From the IMG/VR virus record IMGVR_UViG_3300044981_000350, positions 1-64,000 of that record: a stretch of 64,000 nt of DNA; one strand, given 5' to 3'. Below are positions 46,141-54,879 of this stretch, in pieces. The notes under the pieces are model-generated. The model ran no database searches and was not told the DNA's origin. It saw nothing but the letters and a program-made list of their open reading frames with translations. The position numbers were made by a program, and so were the translations under genes. Within the stretch, counting starts at the first letter, position 1. Every line of letters starts with the position of its first letter. Source of the stretch: a virus.

Positions 46141-46785
46141 ATGAGCGTCGGCCAGATCCTCAACCGCGGCTCACGGGTTGCCGTTCAACCGGGGATCCCC
46201 GCTGGCGCTACAGGCCCGAGCGGAGCCACGGGGCCGACCGGCGCCACGGGAAGCACGGGGCCCACTGGCTCCCCCGGAGCTACGGGTGCTACCGGGGCCA
46301 CGGGTGTCGGAGCCACGGGCGCTACGGGGCCGGGTGGCGCGGGCACCGCCGGGGCTACCGGGGCTACCGGGGCCACGGGAGCTACGGGAACGGGAACAGC
46401 CGGCGCGACTGGCGCCACCGGACCGACCAGCGCCGGGGGGCCGGCCGTAGTCACCGCCTCTACACCAGAGGACACCAACCCCCACACGTTGACGACGCGC
46501 GCCATCACCTCCAATACGGAGCTCGTGGTCGAGGTTGTTTTTCTCGCGCGTGACCCCACCGACGGCAATGACGAGGGCGGCCGTATCGCCGGTACCTTCA
46601 AGAATACGGCGGGGACCGCAGTGCAAGAGGGGACGACGACGAAGGTGTGGCAGCAGGCGAACGCCGGGGGCGTCGTTTGCACCTTCGGCGTGACCGGCGG
46701 GAGCTACGAGATCATCGGGACCGGCAACGGTGATGGCACCACCGACTGGACTCTCTACATCTACGAGTACCCAAGCGAACTCTAA
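46141..46785 (+). CDS. Short collagen-like fibre protein
   Basis: GXT run followed by a beta-rich domain. Confidence 0.75.
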   Translation: MSVGQILNRGSRVAVQPGIPAGATGPSGATGPTGATGSTGPTGSPGATGATGATGVGATGATGPGGAGTAGATGATGATGATGTGTAGATGATGPTSAGGPAVVTASTPEDTNPHTLTTRAITSNTELVVEVVFLARDPTDGNDEGGRIAGTFKNTAGTAVQEGTTTKVWQQANAGGVVCTFGVTGGSYEIIGTGNGDGTTDWTLYIYEYPSEL

Positions 46786-47372
46786 ACGATCCCGCCGTGG
46801 GAGACGGGGCCGGCCACCTCGTCGACGACATACCCCATCTCGTGAAGCCGCTCGAAGAACGCGTGGTCTTCCTTGAGCATGATCCGCTTGCCCGCCCATG
46901 GCAGGATCATGTGGTGGAAGAGCGCCACGCGGGAGCTTTCATCTTGGTAGTAGGTGAGGTCCGCGTAACGCCGGCACATGGCCTCGAGAACTCCCCTCGT
47001 GATCAAGGCGCACCCCAAGCCGGCGTGGGTGATCCGGCCGATTGAATCCCGCGTGACGGCCCACGGGTGGGGCGGCGTACGGGTCTTGTAGGGAATGACG
47101 ACCACCGGCCGATCGGCGGCGAGCATCCGCGCGAACATGTCGGGGGTCAGATCGATATCGTCATCTCGGAAGAACAGCGCGTCACACGGACCCTTGAGGA
47201 AATCCGCTACGAGGTCGGCGCGGGCGCAGTCGATCCAGGGGCTGTCCTTGATGAGGCCCACCACTGAACCTTCGAGGCCAAGCCGTTGGGCGATACCCCG
47301 GGTTGTTCGATGGAGGTGCTCTTCACGTTCCTTCGACATGCGGTGGGCCGGGGTCGCGAAGTAGACCTTCAT
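46782..47372 (-). CDS. GT-A fold glycosyltransferase
   Basis: [23 protein letters not shown] (DxD), [14 protein letters not shown]. Confidence 0.8.
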   Translation of the reverse strand: MKVYFATPAHRMSKEREEHLHRTTRGIAQRLGLEGSVVGLIKDSPWIDCARADLVADFLKGPCDALFFRDDDIDLTPDMFARMLAADRPVVVIPYKTRTPPHPWAVTRDSIGRITHAGLGCALITRGVLEAMCRRYADLTYYQDESSRVALFHHMILPWAGKRIMLKEDHAFFERLHEMGYVVDEVAGPVSHGGIV

Positions 47373-47560
47373 TGGCTCTTGCCCTGGAGGCTCCAACGAA
47401 TCAGGTCGCGGCCTTGTTTGACCTTCTCCGGATCCGGGGCCCTGGGCGCGAGGCGCGCCTTCAGTTCGTTGATCTCGCGCCGCTGGTCGCGGATGATCTC
47501 GAGGAGCTTTACGACCTGGGCCTCGGCGATGGCCCACCAGACATTCTGCGGATCTCTCAT
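47369..47560 (-). CDS. Small coiled-coil protein
   Basis: ATGA overlap; RBS-like GGAGA. Confidence 0.5.
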   Translation of the reverse strand: MRDPQNVWWAIAEAQVVKLLEIIRDQRREINELKARLAPRAPDPEKVKQGRDLIRWSLQGKSQ

Positions 47561-47562
47561 TG

Positions 47563-47790
47563 TCACTTCTCCGGCGGTTTTGTCCGATATGCAACCTCGG
47601 CGATGAGCACTGAACAAAACCATAATGAGAAGAGCGGCCCCCATACAACTGCAACGAGGACCGTTTTCCAAACGGGTTCGGCAGAGTAGCTCGCCGGCTT
47701 GCCGTCGCGTGGGGCGTCTGCGTAGTTAGACATCGTTTGAGTAAGGAACGTCGCGACGATGCCGGTTAGATAGCACCATAGGAAAGTCAT
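47563..47790 (-). CDS. Small membrane protein
   Basis: Two hydrophobic segments. Confidence 0.5.
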   Translation of the reverse strand: MTFLWCYLTGIVATFLTQTMSNYADAPRDGKPASYSAEPVWKTVLVAVVWGPLFSLWFCSVLIAEVAYRTKPPEK

Positions 47791-48974
47791 GGGCGGTTAC
47801 GGACCTCTTCGGGATCGACCGGGGTCTGCTGATAGTAGCCCCCGGACCATCGATCCATATAACGCTGGAATACCCTTTCGTACAAGGGCCCGACCGCCTC
47901 GAGTGAATAAAGGCTCTTCGCTCGATCTCGAATCATGAGTCGATCTACCTGACTCAAACTCAGCGCCCGCTCAGCGGCGGTACAGAGCTCGCGGTGGGAA
48001 GCGCATCGCCATTCTGCGGGGGTCGTCTCGCAAAAAGCTCCGTGGTCGGTGGTAATTGCCGGGGTGCCGCTCAACTGGGCTTCGACGGCGGTACCGCCGA
48101 ACGGCTCGCGGAACCGGGTGGGGTTGATGGCCGCGATCGCGTTCGCCATGAGGCTTGCTCGTTCCGCTACGTTGGCGGAACCGAAGGGGATCACGAAGTC
48201 AGGGATTTCACCCAAGTTGGCGCAACCCTGGCCGGCGATGACGAGCCGCGCATCGGTGACGCCGCTCTTCCTCAACGATTCGACCACGCCGATGGCCTCG
48301 GGAAAACCCTTGTCGGGAATCACGCGCCCGATAAATAAATAGAACGGGCCGGCGTTGATGATGTCGGCGGTTTTTTGAGTCGAAGGTGGATTGAGTGGAA
48401 ACTCGTCCATGTCAAAAAAGTTGGGAACCACCGCACTGCTGTTGTCTTCGACCTTATGGTCGGCGCGGCCCATGACCCACTCCCGGTGCGAGTGACTCTC
48501 GAAGATGCGATAAACGCTTTGGGTTCCGTAGTACCCAATTCCCGGCTCTACCATCATCGCGCTCTGCGCAGTGCCCCCGTAAGATCCCGGGAAGGCATCG
48601 CCGATCGGAGCCACTTGGCAGTTACCGCTCAACGTGAGAATGAAATCTCCGCGCTTCACCCGCGGGAGGAGGCGCTCGACGCACCGCTTATTGTATTCCT
48701 GCCAGTAAGGAAGGCTCGGATCCCACACGATGTGATAAAGCTTCTGCGGATCGTGGGGCCCGAAGTGTGCCGCGCGCTCTTCCTCGGTGAAGATGTCGAC
48801 ATGCTCGACATCGACCGGGACCTCGGCGCCTTCGTTCGAGTAGTCAATGCAGGTGTGGCCCCGGCGGCTCATCATCTTGAGGAACTTGAGGGCTTTCATC
48901 GTGTACGCGCAATGGCTGTAGCTCGGGTGCGTAGTCGTGTGGGGCATACCGAGAAAGTGAAATCGAAAACCCAT
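47787..48974 (-). CDS. GT-B (GT4-like) glycosyltransferase
   Basis: VVPNFFD, LFIGRVIPDKG, LVIAGQG, EPFGGTAVEAQLSGTPAITTDHGAFCE; GGAGG RBS. Confidence 0.9.
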   Translation of the reverse strand: MGFRFHFLGMPHTTTHPSYSHCAYTMKALKFLKMMSRRGHTCIDYSNEGAEVPVDVEHVDIFTEEERAAHFGPHDPQKLYHIVWDPSLPYWQEYNKRCVERLLPRVKRGDFILTLSGNCQVAPIGDAFPGSYGGTAQSAMMVEPGIGYYGTQSVYRIFESHSHREWVMGRADHKVEDNSSAVVPNFFDMDEFPLNPPSTQKTADIINAGPFYLFIGRVIPDKGFPEAIGVVESLRKSGVTDARLVIAGQGCANLGEIPDFVIPFGSANVAERASLMANAIAAINPTRFREPFGGTAVEAQLSGTPAITTDHGAFCETTPAEWRCASHRELCTAAERALSLSQVDRLMIRDRAKSLYSLEAVGPLYERVFQRYMDRWSGGYYQQTPVDPEEVRNRP

Positions 48975-48976
48975 AA

Positions 48977-49573
48977 TCAACCTCCTCCGAGAATCCACGC
49001 CCGCCCAAAGCACCCATTGACCCCGTCGAACTGTTTTACGGCGCCCTTCCGGCCGGCCCACTCCTCGAGTTTCTCCGCGCTCAACTCGTGCGGATGCCCT
49101 TCGTGGGCCGGGATTCCGATCCACTCAAAGATGCGCAACTCACGGGCAAGGGCCCGCGCGTTCGCGATCACCTTCGCCGGATCCTCAGTGTGCTGGAGGC
49201 AGTTGTACACGAGGGCCACGTCGAATATGAACGGCTGCCCGTTGAACTTCACTTTCGCGTAGGCCTCCCCTGGCTCCTGCTCGACCTCGATCAACGCATT
49301 GCCATAGCGTGCTCTAACCCACGCTGGGTATTGCCCCGGGTCGATCACCATCGACGGCCCGCGGTTCTCGAACTTGAGTAGCACACTCACCGGCCCGCCC
49401 CCGATGTCGACGAAGCTCCGGCCTCCGCCATCGTACGCGATGCCGCCCGCGTGCCACACTTTCTTATATTGGAAACCCATCTCGTCGAGGTAGACGTACT
49501 GTTTGGTCTCTTCCCCGGAAGTATTGGCGCAGTTGCCCCAAAAACGAGACTCGAGATCGTCGTGGTCGCTCAT
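48977..49573 (-). CDS. Class I SAM-dependent methyltransferase
   Basis: FVDIGGGP, VIDP, FDVALVYNCLQHTEDP. Confidence 0.8.
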   Translation of the reverse strand: MSDHDDLESRFWGNCANTSGEETKQYVYLDEMGFQYKKVWHAGGIAYDGGGRSFVDIGGGPVSVLLKFENRGPSMVIDPGQYPAWVRARYGNALIEVEQEPGEAYAKVKFNGQPFIFDVALVYNCLQHTEDPAKVIANARALARELRIFEWIGIPAHEGHPHELSAEKLEEWAGRKGAVKQFDGVNGCFGRAWILGGG

Positions 49574-49893
49574 CGAATCAACCTTGCTGACTTGAGGGCC
49601 GCGATAAACGCGGGCGTGAGGGTGTGGAGCAGATCCTCTTCGCGCTTTACGAAGCGGCCCGCCCCGCTTCCGTAGAGAACCGCGTGGAGAATTTCATGCA
49701 CAAACGAGTCGAGCTCGATCGCGGGGTTCTTCGGCACCGACCGAATCCAGATGCGCGCAATGGGATCGGTCTCGAAGTAGCCGCACGTGGTCTCGCCCCA
49801 ATCCTTCGGGAGGATGCTCGCAGGCGTGCGCGCCGTCACGCGGATCACTTCGTAGTCGTAGCCGCAGACGACGACGTGTTTCGGGAGCCGCAT
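49570..49893 (-). CDS. Small HExxH metallopeptidase-like protein
   Basis: SFVHEILHAV followed by downstream EE. Confidence 0.65.
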   Translation of the reverse strand: MRLPKHVVVCGYDYEVIRVTARTPASILPKDWGETTCGYFETDPIARIWIRSVPKNPAIELDSFVHEILHAVLYGSGAGRFVKREEDLLHTLTPAFIAALKSARLIR

Positions 49894-49992
49894 GTCGTTC
49901 CCGAGCATGACCTCAGCGAGCCCTACCGTCAAGCACCACCAAACACCATTCGGGGCTTGCACCACCATTCCCGATGGGCTAGCTTGGGCCCC

Positions 49993-50238
49993 GTGAGCAA
50001 GAAGAGAGGTTTCGCCGCCATGGATCCCGGGCGGCAAAAAGAGATCGCGAGCGCTGGCGGCAAGGCCGCGCACGCGAAAGGTTCCGCCCACGAGTTCACG
50101 GGCGATGAGGCGCGCGAGGCAGGCCGCAAGGGCGGCCAAGCCGTGAGCCGCGATAAAACCCACATGGCGGAGATCGGGCGCAAAGGTGGCCTCGCCAACG
50201 GGAGCCGGAAGAGCAAGACGAAGGAGGTCATCGCATGA
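49993..50238 (+). CDS. KGG-motif stress-protein family member
   Basis: RGFAAMDPGRQKEIASAGG, EAREAGRKGG, MAEIGRKGG. Confidence 0.85.
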   Translation: MSKKRGFAAMDPGRQKEIASAGGKAAHAKGSAHEFTGDEAREAGRKGGQAVSRDKTHMAEIGRKGGLANGSRKSKTKEVIA

Positions 50239-50480
50239 GATTCGACGCAGGCCACGGGTGGGAGTTCGAAGCCGAGCGAGTCGTAAAAGACATCGCGGGC
50301 GTGCGTGTTTCGGTCGACTTGGAGCCGAGCGAATTCGGCGAGTTCCATTGGACCGTTTGTCGCATCGAAGGGGGTGCGGCTACGTTCGACGGCCACGGTA
50401 CGGGGCGTTCGCTTTTGGCTGCTAAGGCTGACGCGGAGCGCATCGGCTTACTCATCGCCGTCAACCGCGAGGCGCTTTGA
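50235..50480 (+). CDS. Hypothetical protein
   Basis: AAGGAGG RBS; ATGA overlap. Confidence 0.55.
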   Translation: MRFDAGHGWEFEAERVVKDIAGVRVSVDLEPSEFGEFHWTVCRIEGGAATFDGHGTGRSLLAAKADAERIGLLIAVNREAL

Positions 50481-50782
50481 TGGACATCGAACGTTTTCAC
50501 CCCCTCGGTGCGCGCATCTTCCTTCGCCCCGACTCCCCCGAGGAAAAGATCGGCCGCATCCTCATCCCGAGCAACGCCCGCAAGCCCACCAACACCGGCG
50601 TCGTCATGGCGTTCGGACCCGGGATGCTCTGCAAAGACGGAACGCGATGGCCGATGCCCGACATCGCCTGCGGCGACCGGGTGCTCTACGACGCACGCAA
50701 TCCGTTTCAAACAGTGCGCATCGACGGGCAGGATCTTATCAGCCTGCGGGATGACGACATCTTCGCGGTGATCGAAGAATGA
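50477..50782 (+). CDS. groES: GroES-like co-chaperonin
   Basis: PLGARIFLR, ILIP, GVVMAFGPG, GDRVLY, LRDDDIFAVIE. Confidence 0.85.
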   Translation: MMDIERFHPLGARIFLRPDSPEEKIGRILIPSNARKPTNTGVVMAFGPGMLCKDGTRWPMPDIACGDRVLYDARNPFQTVRIDGQDLISLRDDDIFAVIEE

Positions 50783-50997
50783 GCGTCGGCGGCCTCCGTT
50801 GGACGCGCCGGTTGAAGCGGCGCGGCGGGCTCCAAGCCATCGAGGCTCGCCGCGCCATCGAGTTCGCGCTCGTCATGAACCACAAGCCCCGGACCAACTC
50901 CGAACGAGAGATGCTACCTGGCGTTTTGGAGTGGCTCCAAGAGAATCCGCTCCGCACCCTCCCCATTCTCACCAAAGAATACTTCGGCTGGGTCTAG
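50779..50997 (+). CDS. Hypothetical protein
   Basis: ATGA overlap. Confidence 0.45.
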   Translation: MSVGGLRWTRRLKRRGGLQAIEARRAIEFALVMNHKPRTNSEREMLPGVLEWLQENPLRTLPILTKEYFGWV

Positions 50998-51033
50998 CCC
51001 CGCCGTTCAACATCAAACCGGAAGGACCCCAAC

Positions 51034-51672
51034 GTGCACTTCGATCTGAATCTCGCTCATCTCTCCGTCGATCCCGCGAGCGTCGTGACCGCGTGGGTTT
51101 CGCTCTGCGCCGCCGTTTCGCTCGTCAACAAGTACGTCGTGACGCCGTACTTCCCGATGGCCGCGCGGATCATCAGCCTGCCCCTCAACATCCTCCCGGC
51201 CCACGTCGGGCAGCTCATCACCGACATCGAAGCGATCATCGCCGACATCAAAAACCCGCCGCCCGCCACACCGACGGCAATCGCCCCGATGACTCCGACG
51301 GTTCCCCCCGCGACTCCGCCCTCGACGAGTCGCATGGGCCTTGCCGCCGGAGCCTTCGCGCTCATCTTCGGGATCCAGACCGTGGCCTTTGGTGCGGCGG
51401 TGACCGGCTGCACCCCGGCGCAACAGGCGGAGGCCGATACGATTGAGCAGTTGGTGCTCCACGATCTCGCGGCGGGCAAATCCGACCAGCAGATCGAGGC
51501 CGACATCGCCTCGTCATTGGCGGGCCAAGTAGGCACCGACGCAGTCGTGATCCTCAACGACGTGTTGACGTTCTTGCTCGACGCGAAGGCCATCCCGGCC
51601 GATTTGATGAGCGCCGCGCTCGCGATGAAGTCGAGTGCGGCCCCCGTGGCCGCGGCCCACCGTATCAAGTAA
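51034..51672 (+). CDS. Membrane protein with an internal lipobox-like segment (possible lysis component)
   Basis: N-terminal hydrophobic helix; later hydrophobic helix ending VTGC; AAGGA RBS. Confidence 0.6.
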   Translation: MHFDLNLAHLSVDPASVVTAWVSLCAAVSLVNKYVVTPYFPMAARIISLPLNILPAHVGQLITDIEAIIADIKNPPPATPTAIAPMTPTVPPATPPSTSRMGLAAGAFALIFGIQTVAFGAAVTGCTPAQQAEADTIEQLVLHDLAAGKSDQQIEADIASSLAGQVGTDAVVILNDVLTFLLDAKAIPADLMSAALAMKSSAAPVAAAHRIK

Positions 51673-51682
51673 GCCCCCGTCG

Positions 51683-52609
51683 ATGATCTATCGAACCGCC
51701 GCCCACGAGGCGATTGCCAACACCTTCAAGGGGCGCTTCCACGGGTACATCCCCGACGATGCCTCGGGCCGATACCAGAAGCCCGCTTCGCTCCTTTTGA
51801 AGGCGTCGGGGGCGGTCGCGCAAGCGAGCCTCGTCGGCTGCGAAGCCCAGATCCTCAATCAGGGGCAGACCGGTTCTTGCGGGGGTCATGGCACCGCCCA
51901 AGCGGTCTACACCGCGCTCAACGCCGCCGGGTTCTCCCTCCTCACGGTGCCGTCGCCGCGGATCCTTTACGCGCTCGCCCGCATCATGCAGCGCACGAAC
52001 GCAAGCCAGGGCCTCGCCGACAGTGGCGTGATGCCGTCGGACCTCCTCACGGTGCTTCGGCAGTACGGCATCAAACCGATGGCCCCGACGGTGACGCCCG
52101 ACGGTCGGTACTCGGACGTGTGGGGCCCGGGGGATCTCACTGGGCTGCCCCTTGCGCAACCCAACGTCAACACCGAGCCGGATTTGCTCGACCTCGAGAC
52201 GAGCGGCCTCAAACTGCTCACTGGTGAATACCGCATCGATGAAACGGATCCTACGCTGCCCCAACAGATCCTCGCGTCGGTCAATGCGAAGGCCCCGGGT
52301 GGGGTCGGCATCTTCGTCGACTCGGCATTCATGCAGTGGGATCCATCGACAGGCCCGATCAAAAGCATCAACCTCGCCGACCCCCAAGGCGGCGGCCATT
52401 GGCTCGCTCTGACCTACGGCTATACGACCCCGGCGGGTACTATCGTGCTGGGGGGCCCCAATTCGTGGGGGGCCGAATGGCCGGTCACGGCCGGATCAGG
52501 CGTTCCGGGTTCGCCCTATTGGAAGCCGGGCCATTGGGAGGTCGAAGCGCCAGGGCTTCAGAAAGCCCTATCCGATTGTCTCCTCTTCCCCGTCAAGGTG
52601 CTCTCATGA
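51683..52609 (+). CDS. Papain-like (C1) cysteine protease
   Basis: NQGQTGSCGGH, GGGHWLAL, PNSWG. Confidence 0.85.
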   Translation: MIYRTAAHEAIANTFKGRFHGYIPDDASGRYQKPASLLLKASGAVAQASLVGCEAQILNQGQTGSCGGHGTAQAVYTALNAAGFSLLTVPSPRILYALARIMQRTNASQGLADSGVMPSDLLTVLRQYGIKPMAPTVTPDGRYSDVWGPGDLTGLPLAQPNVNTEPDLLDLETSGLKLLTGEYRIDETDPTLPQQILASVNAKAPGGVGIFVDSAFMQWDPSTGPIKSINLADPQGGGHWLALTYGYTTPAGTIVLGGPNSWGAEWPVTAGSGVPGSPYWKPGHWEVEAPGLQKALSDCLLFPVKVLS

Positions 52610-52971
52610 AAGTAAACCCCTATTTTACTTTCGTGCTGGCCCTCTTCGCGGCCGCGTGCCATTCGACGCCCCCCGTCGTTGTGGCCCCCGCAGTCGACGC
52701 CGCCTCGGTTCTCCCTCCGCCCGAAGCCCTCGGCGACACCGGGGCCCCGACGGCATTAGCCGATTGCGAAGCGGCCTGCCTTGAGATCGATAAGGTCGGT
52801 TGCATCACCGAGACCGACTGCGCCGCGGTGCTCTGCGCGGCGAACAACGACCCGCGGTTCACCCACTACGACGTCAGTTGCCTCATTCACGCGATGCTTC
52901 CGAGCGACATCGCAGTCTGCGGCGTCGACTGCACTTTGAAGACTCCGAGCTCGTTGGCGCATCCGCTATGA
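52606..52971 (+). CDS. Cys-rich lipoprotein
   Basis: LALFAAAC lipobox; eight further Cys. Confidence 0.7.
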   Translation: MKVNPYFTFVLALFAAACHSTPPVVVAPAVDAASVLPPPEALGDTGAPTALADCEAACLEIDKVGCITETDCAAVLCAANNDPRFTHYDVSCLIHAMLPSDIAVCGVDCTLKTPSSLAHPL

Positions 52972-52996
52972 TCTGGCTCTTCGGGAGGGCGGCCTC

Positions 52997-53317
52997 ATGA
53001 ATCAAGCTACGCAACGCAAAATAGATTCGTACAAAGAGGCACTCGACACATATCGATCTGGGTCACGCAATCGACGTGCGAGCGTTTTGGCGCTTTTGCA
53101 AGAATGCCGTCGCGAAGAGGCTTTGGATCTAAAGGAGCTCACTAGAGCGGGTAACGCCGTGCAGAGGGCATTGTTCGGTAATGTGGAAGATAGCGATCTA
53201 GTCCCCGGTCGTGCTTATGATGACATTAGGCTAGACGATGATCTACCGAATGGTGATGTCTCAGACCAAATCGACGCGCTCAAAACACTAATCAAAGAAG
53301 CCGAAGAGGGCGAATGA
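52997..53317 (+). CDS. Hypothetical protein of lower GC (likely recent insertion)
   Basis: Many A/T-ending codons; flanked by a 13-bp direct repeat. Confidence 0.6.
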   Translation: MNQATQRKIDSYKEALDTYRSGSRNRRASVLALLQECRREEALDLKELTRAGNAVQRALFGNVEDSDLVPGRAYDDIRLDDDLPNGDVSDQIDALKTLIKEAEEGE

Positions 53318-53342
53318 TTACGAGCTCGGCGGAGCATCCGCA

Positions 53343-53555
53343 ATGATCTGGCTCTGCGGAGGAATCTACCTCGTAGGGGTTGCCGTGTGCATCCCGCTTT
53401 TCTTCGACAAGGATGATCCTTGGGGGATCGCCTTCGCCCTCTTGTGGCCCCTCCTTTTGCTCGGCGCCGTCGGTGTTCTTATCATCGGCGTCGCCCAACA
53501 CGCGCACATGTTTTTCTTCGGCCCCACCCTTCCCCCCGAGGATTCCGATGGCTGA
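53343..53555 (+). CDS. Small membrane protein
   Basis: Two TM segments; ALLWPLL. Confidence 0.6.
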   Translation: MIWLCGGIYLVGVAVCIPLFFDKDDPWGIAFALLWPLLLLGAVGVLIIGVAQHAHMFFFGPTLPPEDSDG

Positions 53556-53784
53556 TATCCCCCCCGAGGTCCGCGCCGCGATGCGCGCGACCGTAAACAC
53601 GCTCGGCCGCATCGGCTACCGCGCGATCAGCGCCGCCATCAGCACCGCATTGAAGGGCGTCGGCGAGATCACCGAGGAAGTCGACCGGCGGGTGAAGCGC
53701 GGCGCCGGTGCGGCCGAGAAGATGGCCCGCGGGGAGCCATACCAGAATCCCGACGACTCCGACGACGAGGAACCGAACGAATGA
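53548..53784 (+). CDS. Hypothetical protein
   Basis: GAGGA RBS; operon fit. Confidence 0.55.
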   Translation: MADIPPEVRAAMRATVNTLGRIGYRAISAAISTALKGVGEITEEVDRRVKRGAGAAEKMARGEPYQNPDDSDDEEPNE

Positions 53785-54101
53785 AAGCGCGTGAATTCGC
53801 AAAGCGAGCGATGATCTACGGGCTCGGGCTCACACTCTACGTCTATGAGCTGTTCGTGGCGACGGTGGAGGGGCTCGGCCTCAACACGCGGGGGTTTTGG
53901 GGCGAGCCCACCCGGCCCGACGAGTCGAATCCCAACGTGGCCCCGGCGGTTGGCGATCCCATCGCGCAAGCACGCGCCGAGATGCTCGAATGTGCCTCAC
54001 GTGACTTCGAGGCGTGGCAGACGATGACCCCGGCCGAGCGCGCCGCCAGCATCCAAGCCCGCTCCAACCCTCCCCCCTCCCAGAAAGAGAAGCTGTCATG
54101 A
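53781..54101 (+). CDS. Hypothetical protein
   Basis: ATGA overlap. Confidence 0.55.
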   Translation: MKAREFAKRAMIYGLGLTLYVYELFVATVEGLGLNTRGFWGEPTRPDESNPNVAPAVGDPIAQARAEMLECASRDFEAWQTMTPAERAASIQARSNPPPSQKEKLS

Positions 54102-54283
54102 CCGTCGGAGCTCATCGTCGTCGTCTCAACGTCCGCCCGCCCCCGCCGCGCTGCATCCAGTGCGACAAGGAAGATCAGATCCCCGGTCGGTCGGACAAGC
54201 TCGGAATCAACTGCGCGACCTACAAGGATCGAAGCGCCGCGAAGATCGCCAAAGCGGGCAAGCCGCGCCCCGGTGACGGCTGA
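54098..54283 (+). CDS. Small Cys-motif protein
   Basis: CIQC...NC; ATGA overlap. Confidence 0.45.
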   Translation: MTVGAHRRRLNVRPPPPRCIQCDKEDQIPGRSDKLGINCATYKDRSAAKIAKAGKPRPGDG

Positions 54284-54465
54284 TGATGGATCCGACGCCC
54301 CGCAACCTCCCGGAGGAGGAGCGCCATTACTGGGAGCGGCTCTACGAAGGAGCGCTCATCGAATTCTTGAAGCGCGGTCAAACCCCCGGTGATGCCGCAC
54401 GGAACGCCGCTTACGCGGCCGATAAATCGATAGAGATTCACGCCGAGCGCTTCGCGAAAAAGTGA
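54283..54465 (+). CDS. Hypothetical protein
   Basis: TGATG overlap. Confidence 0.5.
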   Translation: MMDPTPRNLPEEERHYWERLYEGALIEFLKRGQTPGDAARNAAYAADKSIEIHAERFAKK

Positions 54466-54642
54466 AGTGGCCCGGCCCGGCAAGTTTTACGCGAGCGTGA
54501 TCGGCTACGCGCCGCGCGCGATCGTGTGCTTGCCGTGCATGAGCGCCCTCGAGATTGAGCTCGGGCGATACTCCGGCATTCGTCCGTGCGAGCGGTGCGG
54601 CGGTACGGCCTCGGTTATTGCCCAGGCACCGGCGGAGAAGAA

Positions 54643-54879
54643 ATGATCCTCCGCGGCTTCCTCGTGTTCGCCGCGACGCTGGCCGCGGATATCTGCTGGG
54701 CCCACTACGTACGGCATGCGGCGCGCGGCTCGCGATGGTGGGCGGCGCTTTGGGGTGTCGGCCCGGTCCTCGCGGGTGCGTTCAGCGTGCTCCAGTACAC
54801 CGCCGACCATTGGATGGTGGTGCCCGCGGTGCTCGGCGCGTTCGTGGGAACGGCGGTGGGGGTCAAACCGAAGGTTTAG
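54643..54879 (+). CDS. Small three-TM protein, similar in layout to the 8257 gene
   Basis: DICWAHY...AALW...LGAFVGTAV. Confidence 0.55.
   Translation: MILRGFLVFAATLAADICWAHYVRHAARGSRWWAALWGVGPVLAGAFSVLQYTADHWMVVPAVLGAFVGTAVGVKPKV

Noticed and set aside
44830-46785. Diversity-generating retroelement acting on the fibre tips
   Set aside because: No reverse transcriptase and no template/variable repeat pair seen.
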